Below, one piece after another: positions 33,701-42,351 of a DNA stretch of 64,000 bases. This DNA is from Eukaryota sp. TZLM1-RC (Eukaryota; Protista; Metamonada: BaSk clade): contig JAUPSS010000005.1 of NCBI GenBank assembly GCA_040285825.1, positions 1,178,001-1,242,000 of the forward strand. Direction: 5' to 3'. Position 1 is the first letter of the stretch. Each line of letters starts with the position of its first letter. The notes beneath the pieces are model-generated. The model was not told the DNA's origin and did not search any database. It worked only from the letters and a program-made list of their open reading frames with translations. The position numbers and the translations under genes were made by a program.

Positions 33701-35010
33701 CTAGCTGCTCCAGTTGCCTTAACTTTACCATAACTATCCAAGAAAAAGCTAGTGTATTCCGTAGCCGCTACTTCAACACAATGGGAAACTTGGATCACGT
33801 CATATGGATTAGTGTACCAGATAGTTGAATCTGTTCTACCATAACCTAATTCACCATATTGGTTATTTCCAAAAGATTTGACAAAATTATTTTCAAGTAT
33901 AACCAAAGTATGTGTCCTTCCACCAACAGAAAAAATAGCATTATCTATAGCAGTAGTGGCTGGTGAAGGTCGATCACTGGTACTGAAACCTGTCCCTTGT
34001 CCTAGTTGACCCCTAGAATTACGTCCCCATGTCCACAGAACCCCTTCATTAGTGATGGCATGGCCGGTATCTCTACCACAACCAACAAATTTGATATTGG
34101 AAAGTGCTGAAACTTCTGTAGGTGAAGATCTATCACTAGTATGACCTAAACCAAGCTGGCCCCTATTGTTCCTACCCCAAGAGTAGACAGTACCACTGGA
34201 ATCTAGGGCAAGAGTGTATTCGCGTTGGGAACATATTGATATTATATTATTCAGCTTTTGATCATTTATCTTTTGAGGAATAGGTCTTCGGGCATCACTA
34301 ATGTCCAGGCCTAATTGACCGCGATCATTCGCGCCCCAACTAAGAACAGTGCCATCGAGAAGTAGGGCATGTACATGGTGCTCTCCCGCAGACATTGCTT
34401 TGATTCGATGTGATGTGAAAAGCGGGAGGGGGGTCGTTGTATCATCTCGGTTACCTAAACCTAGTTCACCTTCATAATTCTCACCCCAAACAAATGCAGA
34501 AATGGTATCTGAAAGATCATTTACTATTGAAATTTCACCATCAGTAATTATATTTATACTTGCGTTATCCACAAAGTCAACATCACCTTGAATCCACTCC
34601 CCACCACCACCGGTTATGTGGAGAGCATGGTTATCCAATGTTAAAAGAGTTTCACTATCGATTATGATTGATCCAGTCGAGGTTTTGCATGAATCAGTGC
34701 AAGAAGCATCCGATCCGAGAGTTCCTCCTTTCCAAACAAACTCATCTGTAATGGTGAGAACAGCGTTGTTTTCGAAATGAATGATGGTTCCACTATGTAA
34801 TGTCAAAGATTCAACCTCGAAGTTTGAAGAGATCGTCAGTGTCTTGGATGCTTCAAGAGGAGGAATAAAAGCTGTGGAGGAAGATTCGGGAAGTGAAGGC
34901 TCCCAACAAGATGGATCATCAAACGCACTATCTGTAGTACAAACAAAGACAACTGTACCATAGCAGCAGCTTAGCAACAAAAGCACATAAAGGGTAACGA
35001 GAAAGGACAT
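18754..35010 (-). CDS. Giant (~5,418 aa) type I membrane/surface protein: signal peptide, RCC1 repeats, beta-solenoid-like tandem repeats, PSI-like Cys motif, TM helix, basic cytoplasmic tail
   Basis: Uninterrupted 16.3-kb ORF, first ATG at 35010 (MSFLVTLYVLLLLSCCYG); WGxNxxGQLG RCC1 units ~33460-34500; YVSTGGFDD..CG...PCRTL beta-helix cap motif; CSMCTSSQYCGWSYDDGLC ~20820-20875; hydrophobic helix ~19267-19338. Confidence 0.9.
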   Translation of the reverse strand: MSFLVTLYVLLLLSCCYGTVVFVCTTDSAFDDPSCWEPSLPESSSTAFIPPLEASKTLTISSNFEVESLTLHSGTIIHFENNAVLTITDEFVWKGGTLGSDASCTDSCKTSTGSIIIDSETLLTLDNHALHITGGGGEWIQGDVDFVDNASINIITDGEISIVNDLSDTISAFVWGENYEGELGLGNRDDTTTPLPLFTSHRIKAMSAGEHHVHALLLDGTVLSWGANDRGQLGLDISDARRPIPQKINDQKLNNIISICSQREYTLALDSSGTVYSWGRNNRGQLGLGHTSDRSSPTEVSALSNIKFVGCGRDTGHAITNEGVLWTWGRNSRGQLGQGTGFSTSDRPSPATTAIDNAIFSVGGRTHTLVILENNFVKSFGNNQYGELGYGRTDSTIWYTNPYDVIQVSHCVEVAATEYTSFFLDSYGKVKATGAARNGQLGLGSSQTSDIDTPQEIAGLSDIISIKAKHRQVLAVESNGNIWRWGRDFTGTRWSPECISTVKGLNAEVSYHNTYIYYPSISDVIPIEISLKSSNAGDGEIVINGTLTVDSDRSVTTEVESFIGGDLILNYGTLIFENDLSIWGSLLSKISTMLDIKENLVLNEGTVLSTNTLEVYEGKTFSGKGTITSAMNIYGSIRPIPELNIEGSVFFHSSSEFICDFSLPAELIVIGHVDINSGSTLVLGIEAQLTTAGTYTLLRFSSHSNEFALSPLFLCENIWNLSYLSETMELELLDAVVDDLGDTAYVSTGGFDDHCCGTSSYPCRTLSGALVRIANVDDTKNVFFYPGVYSGSYTFSQEDLQISRVNGETGNVVFQCANSEALFTVSQSDLGLKAIVASECDHGTIIATDSFINTEDFIVKDSAASVAFELTGSTLNIDNLELNNLAGKVFDVKSDCKVEGVTLKVIDTNTNNDPMMVTDSSTIDLKQAEIINSCVRPAFKAIHSTIIIDDLKISHPDTYSGSLFDASSDSELSLDNINIVKESTTSTTVTCSFTDPLFIVDNSEVTLADSSLIGHLSQTLVGINNADVTFTNVDVLDSQSSGHVELANSDFKATDVEFKKLEGKVFDVKSDSKVEGLNVNVIDTNTNDDPMMVTESSTIDLKQAEIINSCVRPAFESIDSTIIIDDLRVSHPDTYGGSLFDASSNSELTLDNINIVKESTTSTTVTCSFTDPLFTVDNSEVTLADSSLIGHLSQTLVGIINADVTFTNVDVLDSQASGHVDLTNSNFIATDVEFNNLEGKIFDVKSDSKVDTLRVKILNIDTPSEPLLKISSSKVTLIDSEILDSSVFRLIDSTSKSEISLNNLDIVDLTSYSGSFINADDSTLDFTNVKTLGPVYSDGNVISGCANDEPLITLVKSNVDFDDVVVVGCQSQSIVATDSTIDLETVLVRDSTATDGHFELTKTTLTMNNVNFQGLEGRVFNIKDNTKVTGTNVDISDSNSNSDDLIVINNSELTLTTVDLSDTKFSNIIYSKTSTITVTDFDIVHHESNTGSFINVDDSTLDFTNINTLGPVDSDGKVISGCANDEPLITFVKSNVDFDDVVVVGCQSQSIVATDSTIDLNTVLVRDSTAASGHFALTNSNFTTSDVEFNNLEGKVFDVKSDSKVKGLNVKVIDTNTNNDPMMVTDSSTIDLKQAEIINSCVRPAFKSIDSTIKIDDLKISHPDTYSGSLFDASSNSELTLDNINIVKESTTSTTVTCSFTDPLFTVDNSEVTLADSSLIGHLSQTLVGINNADVTFTNVDVLDSQSSGHVELANSDFKATDVEFNNLEGKVFDVKSDSKVKGLNVKVIDTNTNNDPMMVTDSSTIDLKQAEIINSCVRPAFKSIDSTIKIDDLKISHPDTYSGSLFDASSNSELTLDNINIVKESTTSTTVTCSFTDPLFTVDNSEVTLADSSLIGHLSQTLVGINNADVTFTNVDVLDSQSSGHVELANSDFKATDVEFKKLEGQVFDVKSDSKVEGLNVKVIDTNTNNDPMMVTDSSTIDLKQAEIINSCVRPAFKSIDSTIKIDDLKISHPDTYSGSLLDASSNSELTLDNINIVKESTTSTTVTCSFTDPLFTVDNSEVTLADSSLIGHLSQTLVGINNADVTFTNVDVLDSEASGHVELANSDFKATDVEFKKLEGKVFDVKSDSKVEGLNVKVIDTNTNDDPMMVTESSTIDLKQAEIINSCVRPAFESIDSTIIIDDLKVSHPDTYSGSLFDASSDSELTLDNINIVKESTTSTTVTCSFTDPLFTVDNSEVTLADSSLIGHLSQTLVGINNADVTFTYVDVLDSQSSGHVELANSDFKATDVEFKNLEGKVFDVKSDSKVEGLNVKVIDTNTNDDPMMVTDSSTIDLKQAEIINSCVRPAFESIDSVIKIDDLKVSHPDTYSGSLFDASSDSELTLDNINVVKESTTSTTVTCSFTDPLFTIDNSEVTLADSSLIGHLSQTLVGINNADVTFTNVDVLDSEASVHVELANSDFKATDVEFKKLEGKVFDVKSDSKVEGLNVKVIDTNTNDDPMMVTESSTIDLKQAEIINSCVRPAFESIDSTIKIDDLKVSHPDTYSGSLFDASSNSELTLDNINVVKESTTSTTVTCSFTDPLFTIDNSEVTLADSSLIGHLSQTLVGINNADVTFTNVDVLDSEASVHVELANSDFKATDVEFKKLEGKVFDVKSDSKVEGLNVKVIDTNTNDDPMMVTESSTIDLKQAEIIYSCVRPAFESIDSTIKIDDLKVSHPDTYSGSLFDASSDSELTLDNINIVKESTTSTTVTCSFTDPLFTVDNSEVTLADSSLIGHLSQTLVGINNADVTFTNVDVLDSEASVHVELANSDFKATDVEFKKLEGKVFDVKSDSKVEGLNVKVIDTNTNDDPMIVTESSTIDLKQAEIINSCVRPAFESIDSTIKIDDLKVSHPDTYSGSLFDASSHSELTLDNINIVKESTTSTTVTCSFTDPLFTVDNSEVTLADSSLIGHLSQTLVGINNADVTFTNVDVLDSEASGHVELANSDFKATDVEFKKLEGKVFDVKSDCKVEGLNVKVIDTNTNDDPMMVTESSTIDLKQAEIINSCVRPAFESIDSTIKIDDLKVSHPDTYSGSLFDASSHSELTLDNINIVKESTTSTTVTCSFTDPLFTVDNSEVTLADSSLIGHLSQTLVGIHNADVTFTNVDVLDSEASGHVELANSDFKATDVEFKKLEGKVFDVKSDSKVEGLNVKVIDTNTNDDPMMVTESSTIDLKQAEIINSCVRPAFESIDSTIKIDDLKVSHPDTYSGSLFDASSHSELTLDNINIVKESTTSTTVTCSFTDPLFTVDNSEVTMADSSLIGHLSQTLVGINNADVTFTNVDVLDSEASGHVELTNSNFTATDVEFNNLEGKVFDVKSDSKVQGLRLQMLNIDTPSEALMKISSSKVTLIDSQILDSSVFRLIDSTSKSEISLNNLDIFGLTSYSGSFINADDSTLDFTNVKTLGPVDSDNDVISGCANHEPLITLVKSNVDFDDIVVVGCQSQSIVATDSTIDLETVLVRDSTATDGHFELANSNFTATNVEFNNLEGKVFDVKSDSKVQGLNVKVIDTTTNNDSMMLTDSSTIDLKQAEIINSCVRPAFESVDSTIKIHDLKASHPDTYSGSLFDASNNSELTLDNINIVKESTTSTTVTCSFTDPLFTVDNSEFTLADASLIGHLSQTLVGINNADVTFTNVDVLDSQASGHVDLTNSNFTATDVEFNNLEGKVFDVKSDSKVDGLRLPILNIDTPSEALMKISSSKFSLIDSQILDSSVFRLIDSISKSEISLSNLDIVDLTSYSGSFINADDSTLDFTKVKTLGPVDSNGKVISGCANHEPLITLVKSNIDFDDVVVVGCQSQSIVATESIIDLETVLVRDSTATDGHFELTKTLFYGNYVQFTNLTGPIFKAKAASSVEISNFLISASYTTDGIFILRQSGISIFDALVLNTCALDILRLQDTAMTATNLTVINSFSNFGSVVSSTQSIINFTALTIEENVFRPFTSKYCNASRDSLMDIDTSTVFLVNSTIAKVNYSGLYTFNTTLSFINSTLVHHTASLEIMRSNVELMVNSKITITNGGELSIFGSEFNINDMALVSVVEDSMVSSQDSEFVLQDFGEFNIDNSRCDIVINNLHLLDNSLFSPSCEGLVAVNYFYHLDGTRAGSSDLFVLDLYHFTGGVLTSKYFESTTFINGTAIFSSAYNEKISEKNRQLISHNLHIVDTLEWKQKDLYMSSNSRIFVSSTGTVLLDLSGLIIYSTTPPTTLIYIAGTVVSRGCILVTEVIVQFLPYSTFTSIQGTSVLQSTIFGTFARFEVNQNILFRSANVDFRHCTFSGNSDVLFSNAVGELSLFTSTPKLSIRASHLVFYNIQLNKTLMNIEHNSFVTLLVDSSFEFLDCSSSTLLVFNDATDVGSLGSNDCIVDFNNSVLALTGPSLISNTLSLLGSGELLVLDTINFEGNLLVSEQSTAISISNTSTVLFSNSFMDGAFALGSLVNNGSIQLANDMEAIFGLTFSNFGDIEVCNSNITFIESTFVNLGQILDCSFGNSRLNLENSIFNSFTPLNITGTIHIKHSSVTFFADVFVHKVIVESGQLMLKPFVFVSYIKVDIECEDFSPIDTILTDDLFWHSFCDNQGVYIEENSVVGNIKVSSGILKPSNQTLIHSLTLNSPQSTIFIGDNTSVLTQPGPFGYKYGQIVGLGVLLLDNMYCTWQNCFCYENSTKCSPTCVQITSCSMCTSSQYCGWSYDDGLCDSATEIHTPTFHNYDNWYCNHCEQCALQDSIEISSIYTHYLPLGFNLYEIEVVVPYVRDALTWVIDFFEFPLQATVDLNNTSQCANKIPGFLNDADRLQFAYSAPHSNLSSALGNNHFLPYSDSNIWDQRSESCDTVTYSLPIKGENLMNCLENRSFTEGVRVYRGTPILEIFGQVSISLIQASITGNNDQIVLQKTEKFMFSSIMVLKNITIDSCKDGVSLDASEFCESPYDLFKRFYISWQGSEEGQYDFQLEFHSTVKFEKAINLPDNTVPTRLLAAGSLVLITSIDPKRSPFDFLTSYAIETKDGDRVQFELTTQPVQSILNFKDSIGIILSDALIDGFPNNSTFADLRNFHSTGPYASDSPVFAYIVVDRPEFNSLETNSSDFDLDIVSVHMCSKSFYVDEPNLSNYGCLNQHGELLGYSKSLNFTQQNISYANSDESMLIGLVKISPNPQFEKGIHNVHVQFKINNTNLQHSAVSVVLLPMPEDPDTFPLLVLVIVVSIMLITAFTIVILLRTRLSRRKTSKLGKVKPLKPALRPENLPSLASFRKDFIPTALERPRASSGPQLVQLKPIKGKPKDTKQNKKTRKHSNGQLVGSESHGPFLESDLAKTPTTKISKVAQNNHVLPKLNSQKAGLSNRPRLQSTAIPPKTMLPTSLPVVDTLQKKETSLPPLRKVSRPSNHSK
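23400..32345 (-). repeat. 17 tandem ~528-534-bp (176-178 aa) coding units, order A A B C (A)x10 B A B
   Basis: KVFDVKSD-type anchor recurs at about 32340, 31811, 31283, 30750, 30219, 29691, 29163, 28633, 28105, 27577, 27049, 26521, 25993, 25465, 24937, 24403 and 23876. Confidence 0.93.
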
Positions 35011-35099
35011 TATATACAAGTCAGGAAGAAGTTAATATAGAATGGTCAGTGCAAATCACATCAGCGACGTTTCTAAAATTGGATTACATATATATTGTT

Positions 35100-38000
35100 T
35101 TTCTTTTATTTTCTCCCCCTCTTTCTCCATTGTCCAAGTTCCTCCGCATACTTACTGTGGTTCCTGTAAGTTCTGATATGGATGATAATGTCAGTCTAAA
35201 AGATTGGGATGACAACGCATCAATTAAATGTCGTTCTATTGTCAAACCATCTGGACCCCTTTCATCCACTTCTCCTACACACCCTCTTCCCTTCATTTCT
35301 GCCTGGAAAAAAATTTTCTTCAAAATTTTTGCAAAATTTAGAAACATCAAGAAATTGCCCAGAAGCCAGTTCAGCTACGTTACGTCGTAGTATTCATTCT
35401 CTTGCGAGATGCAAACTCCCTGCGCAACAGCAAAAAATTTTTATGTCGAAACCAATTATGAAGCCTCAGAACAGTAATATTGAATTTCGTTCTCCCATTC
35501 AACAACATTGCTCTTCTTCTATTGCAATAAACAGTCAATGAAATAATTTAATTACTAGTAAAAATAAATCAAGACGAAAATGTTCAATTTGCGGAATTAG
35601 TGGTCATAATACTAGGACTTGCAAAGAAAATAAGATTAATGCTTTAAAATTCCAATCAGCTAACCACGTACTTAACACTTGTTTTCTTGGGTCCAACAAT
35701 GGAGAACTTATGGTGACCTTATGGTGCCGGAGTTCAATCATTATTTTCCACTAATATTGAAAAACCAAGTATTGAAACTCTTGAAAAATTAAAGAAGCTC
35801 CATTCTGAAGAAAAATTTGTTTGTCCAAAACCCAGTATTTGTGAGTTTTGGACTAATAATCCAATTAATGCTTCTAAAGTTCTTGCTTTAATTAAAAAGT
35901 TACCAAATGGTAAAGCTGCAGGACCATCAGGAATTTCGTTTGATATTTGAAAAACCGCCTGCAATAAGATACCTGAAATTACAGATGATTTAGCTTTGTA
36001 TTTTAAAATATTGGTTTCATTGAAAGTCATTCCTGCTCCTGAGCTTACTGTTGCCCGTCTTATTGCTTAAGTAAAACCTGGTAGTGATATCAAGCTTTCA
36101 ATAATTCGTCCCATTGCAGTAAGTGAATCTATTTCGTCTGTTTGCTTCAATTATTTTGACTAGAATGGCTGAAAAGGCTGGAAAATTCTTGTCGCCAATG
36201 CAATTTGATACTCAAACGATTGATAGAGCTTCAGTCGCTGTTCTAAAATCAGCTTTGTTCTTTAACTGCAAAGAATACAATTATATTTTCACTTTAGATT
36301 TTAGAAAGGATTCCAATAGTGTAAAAAGAAAAGCAATTTACGAAGTAATTCAAAAACATTTCCCTGAACTATCAAGTGATTTTTTTTGTTTTACCGTAAA
36401 CCCAGTGAATTAGAATATGATGTATTTTCTCTCAAGTATTCATCAGGTGTGAAACAAGGGGATCCTGGAGGCCCATTATTATTTTGTATAGCAATCTAAT
36501 AATCATTGATTGTTATTAAAGAAAAATACCCTTTTCTTAAAATTGAGGGTTACATAGATGACATCTCCCTTATCGGTCTTTTTGATGTTGTCCAAAAAGC
36601 TTCAAATGAAATTGCTGAACAATATGAAATTATTGGTCTTCACTTGAATCCTGAGAAATGTTTATCAATTGGTAATGATGCCAGGGAGTTGATAATTAAT
36701 AATGGTAAAATCCATTTTACCAATTATTCACAAAAAGCTTTCTGTTTTCTACGGTGTTGGACAGGAAATGTTGATGAAATTACTATAAAATTTTTTTTGT
36801 TGCGAAATTGTTGCAAAACTTGGTGCTGAGCTTCAATTAATTTTTGAATTAGAAACAGAAAGACATATCAAATTTTTATTTTAGAAATTTGTTACTCCGG
36901 AAAAATTACTCACTTATTGAGGTCGACAGCACCTTCGTTGTCTATCGATTTTACATAGTTTTCAATGAACTTCGTGCAACTTTCTTTGCTTCCCTATTAG
37001 ATGTGAATCCTGAGCTAATTCGACCTCACTTGTCCTCTTCGTCACAACTCGGTGGTGTTGGCTTCACCGAATCTTCAATTTTTTGTCAAGCAGCTTTTGT
37101 TGGCGGTGGCAAAAATTTTATTTCTGACTTTCTTAATCGTTTCCCTGAAAATATTCATTTGCTGAGTTCATCATTTTCCAAATAATTGTATGATACTATG
37201 TATTTATTGAATTTGCACATTTAATTAAATTAACTCATAACTAATGTGACGACTATCATTGAACCAAGATTTCCTCTACAAAATCTTGATCTGCTTGCTG
37301 TCTAGCTGAAGCTTCTCTAATTCGATTGAAAAACCGAGGTACTCTATTAATAATGGCAAATTGAATCCGTGAACGCCATAAAAAATTATCAAATCTTTTC
37401 ATTGTTTTTTCTATTGTATGACACTGATAATGCTATTGATAGAATTCCACGCGAAATTTGATGTCACTGTTTTCCCGACTCAGTTCAAGAGATTCCTCCA
37501 CGAAATTTAGTTAATTTATGATATTGTGTGAAAAATCTCTAACAAAAACTGATAGTAATTTTTGAAGGCTTGGATTATGAAGAGCGTCTTAACTTGGCTA
37601 CACAAAAAAATTCCGCTTTTGCAAATTTTTACTGGTTGTTTGTGTTAGTTTTGCCTCTGGTTTAATTAATCAAGTACCAAGAATTTATGGTTTGTTTTTC
37701 AATGACCCTTGTTTTTTTATTATCTATGCGTCTTCAATCGATCTTTTATTTGGCCTGCTAATCTTCCTCATAGATTAATTTGTAAATGTGGAAAGACTGT
37801 CACTCCAACCCATTTGTTTAATGGTAATCGTTTGATTACTTTTGAAACATAAGTGCATGATACAGTGGGTGATCAGCTTTATTGTATGTTTAAGTCCTAC
37901 AAGATTGAATATTTTTTAGAACTTTTGCGTTCAAATTTGGCTGACGAATCTGACAGAAATTCTGTTGGTGACAGCCGTGGTGATGTGCTAGTTCCCAAAC

Positions 38001-38450
38001 TTGATGGATCAATGTTTCAAACAGCTCAATTGAAAAACTGGCACTATCTTATAATTCACCTTTACGAAGAGCTGAAGAAGCGAAAATTATTAATTACACA
38101 AAATAATCAATAATCTGAATTCCAACTCACATACTAAATACCTTCTTTGTCCTTTTGCTATTTCTTTATTTCTTTATTTTGAACCTTGGGTAAAACTGTG
38201 TTATCTTCTTTAGACGATTTTTCATCTATTGTCAAAATTAGAACAGGAAGAATATTTGACTGAACCTTTTGGCAAAAGAGAATTGTATTTTCTATTTTTT
38301 AAGGAATGATTAGCCTTGTTTCTAGCTCGTTATTATCACTAGGAAAATTTTATGAAGAAAATGCTATAGGTAAGTTTTCAATAGTAGATGAGGAGTTTGA
38401 GCAGATTGATTTTATGTTTTTTTTACAATTTTGTTTGAATACAATATTTA
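35100..38450 (+). mobile_element. Near full-length degraded family C non-LTR retrotransposon with N-terminal CCHC zinc knuckle, RT and RLE
   Basis: CSICGISGHNTRTC at ~35581-35622; GKAAGPSG, RPIAV, GVKQGDP, YIDD, GGVGF, HDTVGDQL, RGD; many stops. Confidence 0.88.
37198..37412 (-). mobile_element. 5'-truncated family A 3' end nested in the family C element
   Basis: Matches 13890-14100; TSD attgtatga(t/c)act at 37185-37197 and 37413-37425. Confidence 0.9.
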
Positions 38451-38849
38451 TAAAATACAGTATTTTAATTATGCTCTTATTCTAGAAACTTTCGAAGGGT
38501 GCCATTTGTTCATCCACCATCAGACGTACAAGAAATCAGATTGACAACCATTACATGAAGAGGCAGTATCAAAAATCAGAAACCTGTTATATTCATTCAA
38601 TATTGTCAAATTTACGCTTTTGATTGATACACCCGTCATGAATTCCCACAACCCAGTGCAAAATTAAATTGTCTCTGGAGACCTGCTCTCATAAAATGCG
38701 TTTGTAGGGGAAATCAGTTTTTATATCAACATCAGGGTTACTGTTTGAAGATTGTACATTTGTGTAAGCAGTACATTACAACAGCTTTATTGATTGTACC
38801 TAAAAATCATAGTATTTTTTCGATTATATTTTAATGTCCAAAATGAAGC

Positions 38850-41570
38850 AACCTACCTTTTGAATTTTTGAAACGTTTTTTTTTGAAAAACAACATTTAA
38901 TAGAATGTTGTGTTAGTGACTATTTAGTGTCCTGGCAGAGTGAAATTGAATGCATGTCTCCTCACATATGGTACAAATGCTTTCCTGCTGATATTCAAGA
39001 AATTCCACCCTGGAGTTTGATTTCCTTGAAATTTGCATATGTTAAATTGCAGAAACAGATATTAAAAGTTTTTGAAAACTTGGATTTCACTGTTCGTCTT
39101 AGCTTGGCTAAAGAAAAGAATCCCGTTTTTGCAAACTTTTTAATTGACCTTAAGGAAAATAGCTCAAGTTGTCTTATTTCCCAGATTCCAAATGTAGATG
39201 GTCTATTATTAAATGATCATCAATGGACAACTGCCTTCAGGATGACGTGTTTTTGTGGCCATGTAGTGTGCCAATTGATTTAGCTCATTAATCTGAATCA
39301 TTTATTTAATTGCAAATTTAATATTACATATTTTTTTGACCAAAATTTTAATTTTATTCAAAACCTATAAATAAACATCTGAAAAATCCATCTCTCCCAG
39401 AAAAAAAACACTAGATGCAACTCTCTCATAGTGAGATCCAAGAGAAAGCAAAGCATCAGAAACCATCTTCAACATCCCCTTAAAAATAGAAAACACAATT
39501 CTATTTTGCCAAAACAATCTGTTGAAATTTCTCCCAGTTCTTCTCTTTACAATCATTTCAAAATCATCCACAAAACGTAAAGAAGTTGGTGCAAGTGAAC
39601 CAAAAAGGGAAAATACAAAATGGGTACAAATTGTATTTTGTATGCTGTAGACTGGCCAATTTGGACAAAGGTTCATTGTATTTCTTGAATTTAAAATTGT
39701 CAGCATTTGAAAGGGGATTATGAATTTCAGAATTAACTAGCCTTTCATTTGAGGCATTACAAGGATCAACAGACATTACATCCAATGAAATGAAACTTCC
39801 ATCTAATCCAGGTGATATAACATCACCTCTATTATTCTTATGAAAATCATCTTCAGTATCAAACAGATTTGACAATAGAGGTTCCAAGAAGGATTCAATT
39901 CTATGAGATTTACACATACAATATAACTGGTCTTCTACAGCATCATGAACCTTGCTTCTAAAAGTAATAAAATGTTTACAATTTAACAAATGAGTAGTTG
40001 TAATTTCTCGAGAACATTTACAAATTAAATTATGAGGTAAATTATCAGGCCAGATAGAGGAACGAAATCTCATATTAAAATTCCAAGCAGAATCGGTTAA
40101 GAGAGTACCATAAACTTGGGGAATTGTTGTTGCTAAGGCGGAAGAAGTACTGTCACACATATCTTGTAAAAGATTTGCAAAAGCGGGATTCTTTTTCTTG
40201 GCCAAGCCAAGTCTAACATCAAAGTCCAAGCTTTCAAAAATCTTTGACAATTTTTGTTGAAGCTTTTTACAGCAAAACTGTAAATTAAAAAGAGATCGGT
40301 TTGGAATTTCTTGAATTGATTGAGGAAAACATTTGGTCCAAATTTGTGGCGGCAATTTTTCAAGTTCACAAGATAACTCATACAAATAGGGACTGCAATT
40401 GAAAACTAACAGATGAGAAGCATTAGGAAATCTACAAGAAAATTCATAAATAAAATTTCTGCCACCACCCATGAATGCTGATTGACACAAAATTGAAGAC
40501 TTAGTAAATCCAATATCACCCAAATTTGATGAAGAAAATAAATGACTTTTCAACATTCCTGGTTCTACATCCAATAAATCAGGAAAAAAATCTGTTCCCA
40601 ATGAATTAAATGAACGACAAAAATCTAATGCTATGGAAAGAGCACAAGATCTCAAAATGTGGGTTATTCTTCCAGTGTAGCAAATTTTAAGAATGAAAAA
40701 TTTAATATGCTTTTCTATATCTAAAGAAGAAATTGAATCAAATTCAATTTTCATTTTTCCAAATAACTTGCAATTCATTCTGAATTTGAGGCACGTTTCC
40801 TAACCAACAACCAAGGAACTTAAAAGCATCACTACTATAATTAGTAAAAGGGACAATAGAATCGTTTATCACAAGATCTTGAGCAGAAGAGCCAATCACA
40901 ATGCATTTGCTCGCATTAAAATAAAGCCCAATATTTTCATATGAATCATATTACATATCGCTCAGTTGTTCACGATGCTGTTAGAGACCAACAATACGCA
41001 ATGTGCAAAAGTCATCACATCGAAGCTTTTGTTGAACCACTTGTGCGAAGGTTGTCATCTGAAAATGAAGATGAAAATACTTTTGTGAAACACCATGCTG
41101 ATTTAATTACCCCTGCGTCTGATGGTGTTATTGAAGTTGTTGATTTTGTCACTGTTGATGTTGAAAAGACTCAGCCATTGATTTTGCTAAAAGAGATGAA
41201 ACTCCAATTTGCTCTGCTGAAAAGAGCGAAATCAAAAAGTACAATGAACCCTTATCTCAGCTAGGACGTGTTGAGCATGTCAAGTATCAGTTGGTTCCAT
41301 TTGCTGTTTCTCTTTTTTGTAACATTGGAATATCTGGCATTAAATTTCTTGAAGGTTTCAGAAGATTAATAAAAGAAAGAGCAGGAAAAGAATCGAACTT
41401 CAATTTCTGGCACAATAGAATTGATTTTACTATTCTTAAAGCACTTCCAGAAATGTTGACCAAAGCACTGTTACAATTAGGAATAGAGTATGAAAATCGC
41501 GCGCTTAAAAGATTTGATGATGTTGATGTGTGTATTGAGGATATTGAGTTCTAGTTTTTTATTAAAATGA
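38850..41570 (+). mobile_element. 5'-truncated family D non-LTR element, split by a nested insertion
   Basis: 38927-39331 and 40948-41554 rejoin as HLFNCKFNITYRSVVHDAVRD; ends IEDIEF*. Confidence 0.85.
39332..40947 (-). mobile_element. 5'-truncated family B non-LTR element nested in family D
   Basis: Post-RT, CCHC and RLE ORFs 39564-40778 and 39365-39706; short tail (T-run from 39332); TSD atattacatat at 39321-39331 and 40948-40958. Confidence 0.92.
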
Positions 41571-42351
41571 AGTAACCTTGTGCAACTGAAGAAAATATGT
41601 AAATAAATCAAACAAGCAAGTATTTGCACCACAACTTTGAAATCAATATCATCATTAACAAGTTTCCAAAACAATTGACATTAGACATTGTTTAACTGCA
41701 CCAAAGTGTGCGAAATCCCTGTTCCTTGGTAATTCAACTGATAGAATTATTCAATGTTGATGAGAACGTTCTGGTTTCCGCAATTTTCAGAATTTGAAAC
41801 ATGATTTTCTGGTTAGAGGAATGTCTCTAACTCAGACAACTTAAAAAAATTATTAGTATTCGTTAAAACGGGTAGAGGAAACTTCAGACACCGCAAAGTG
41901 CTCTCGAGGCTCTTTTTGATTAAGACATCGGTGATGTAGGTTTCAAGATTCTGATTGTTGAATTGGCCATTTGTCCCTTCATTAAAGAATGTTCCACAAC
42001 ACAATGCTGAAATCTTCAAAGAATATCAAAATCCCTTACACCAAATAGTATATGAAGAAAATACAAAATTCATTCAGATAAGGAGAAAAAAAGTCATAAC
42101 TCCCATTAAGCAAAAATGTTCTTTGTTTCAAATTCAAGAATCTATTATTGGAACGAATTGAAAACAAAATAGAAAAATAAATAATGCAACACTACAACTA
42201 CTACGAGTATCTGTTAAATGCAAATGTGGGATGCTTACAGTTGTTTTATCATTGTTTTAGTTCGTACCAATAATTTCCATCCAAATATTTTTCTTTGAGC
42301 GAAAACAGTTGCTTTACAATCATTGATTTCTTGTTTCAAGTTTTTACTTTA

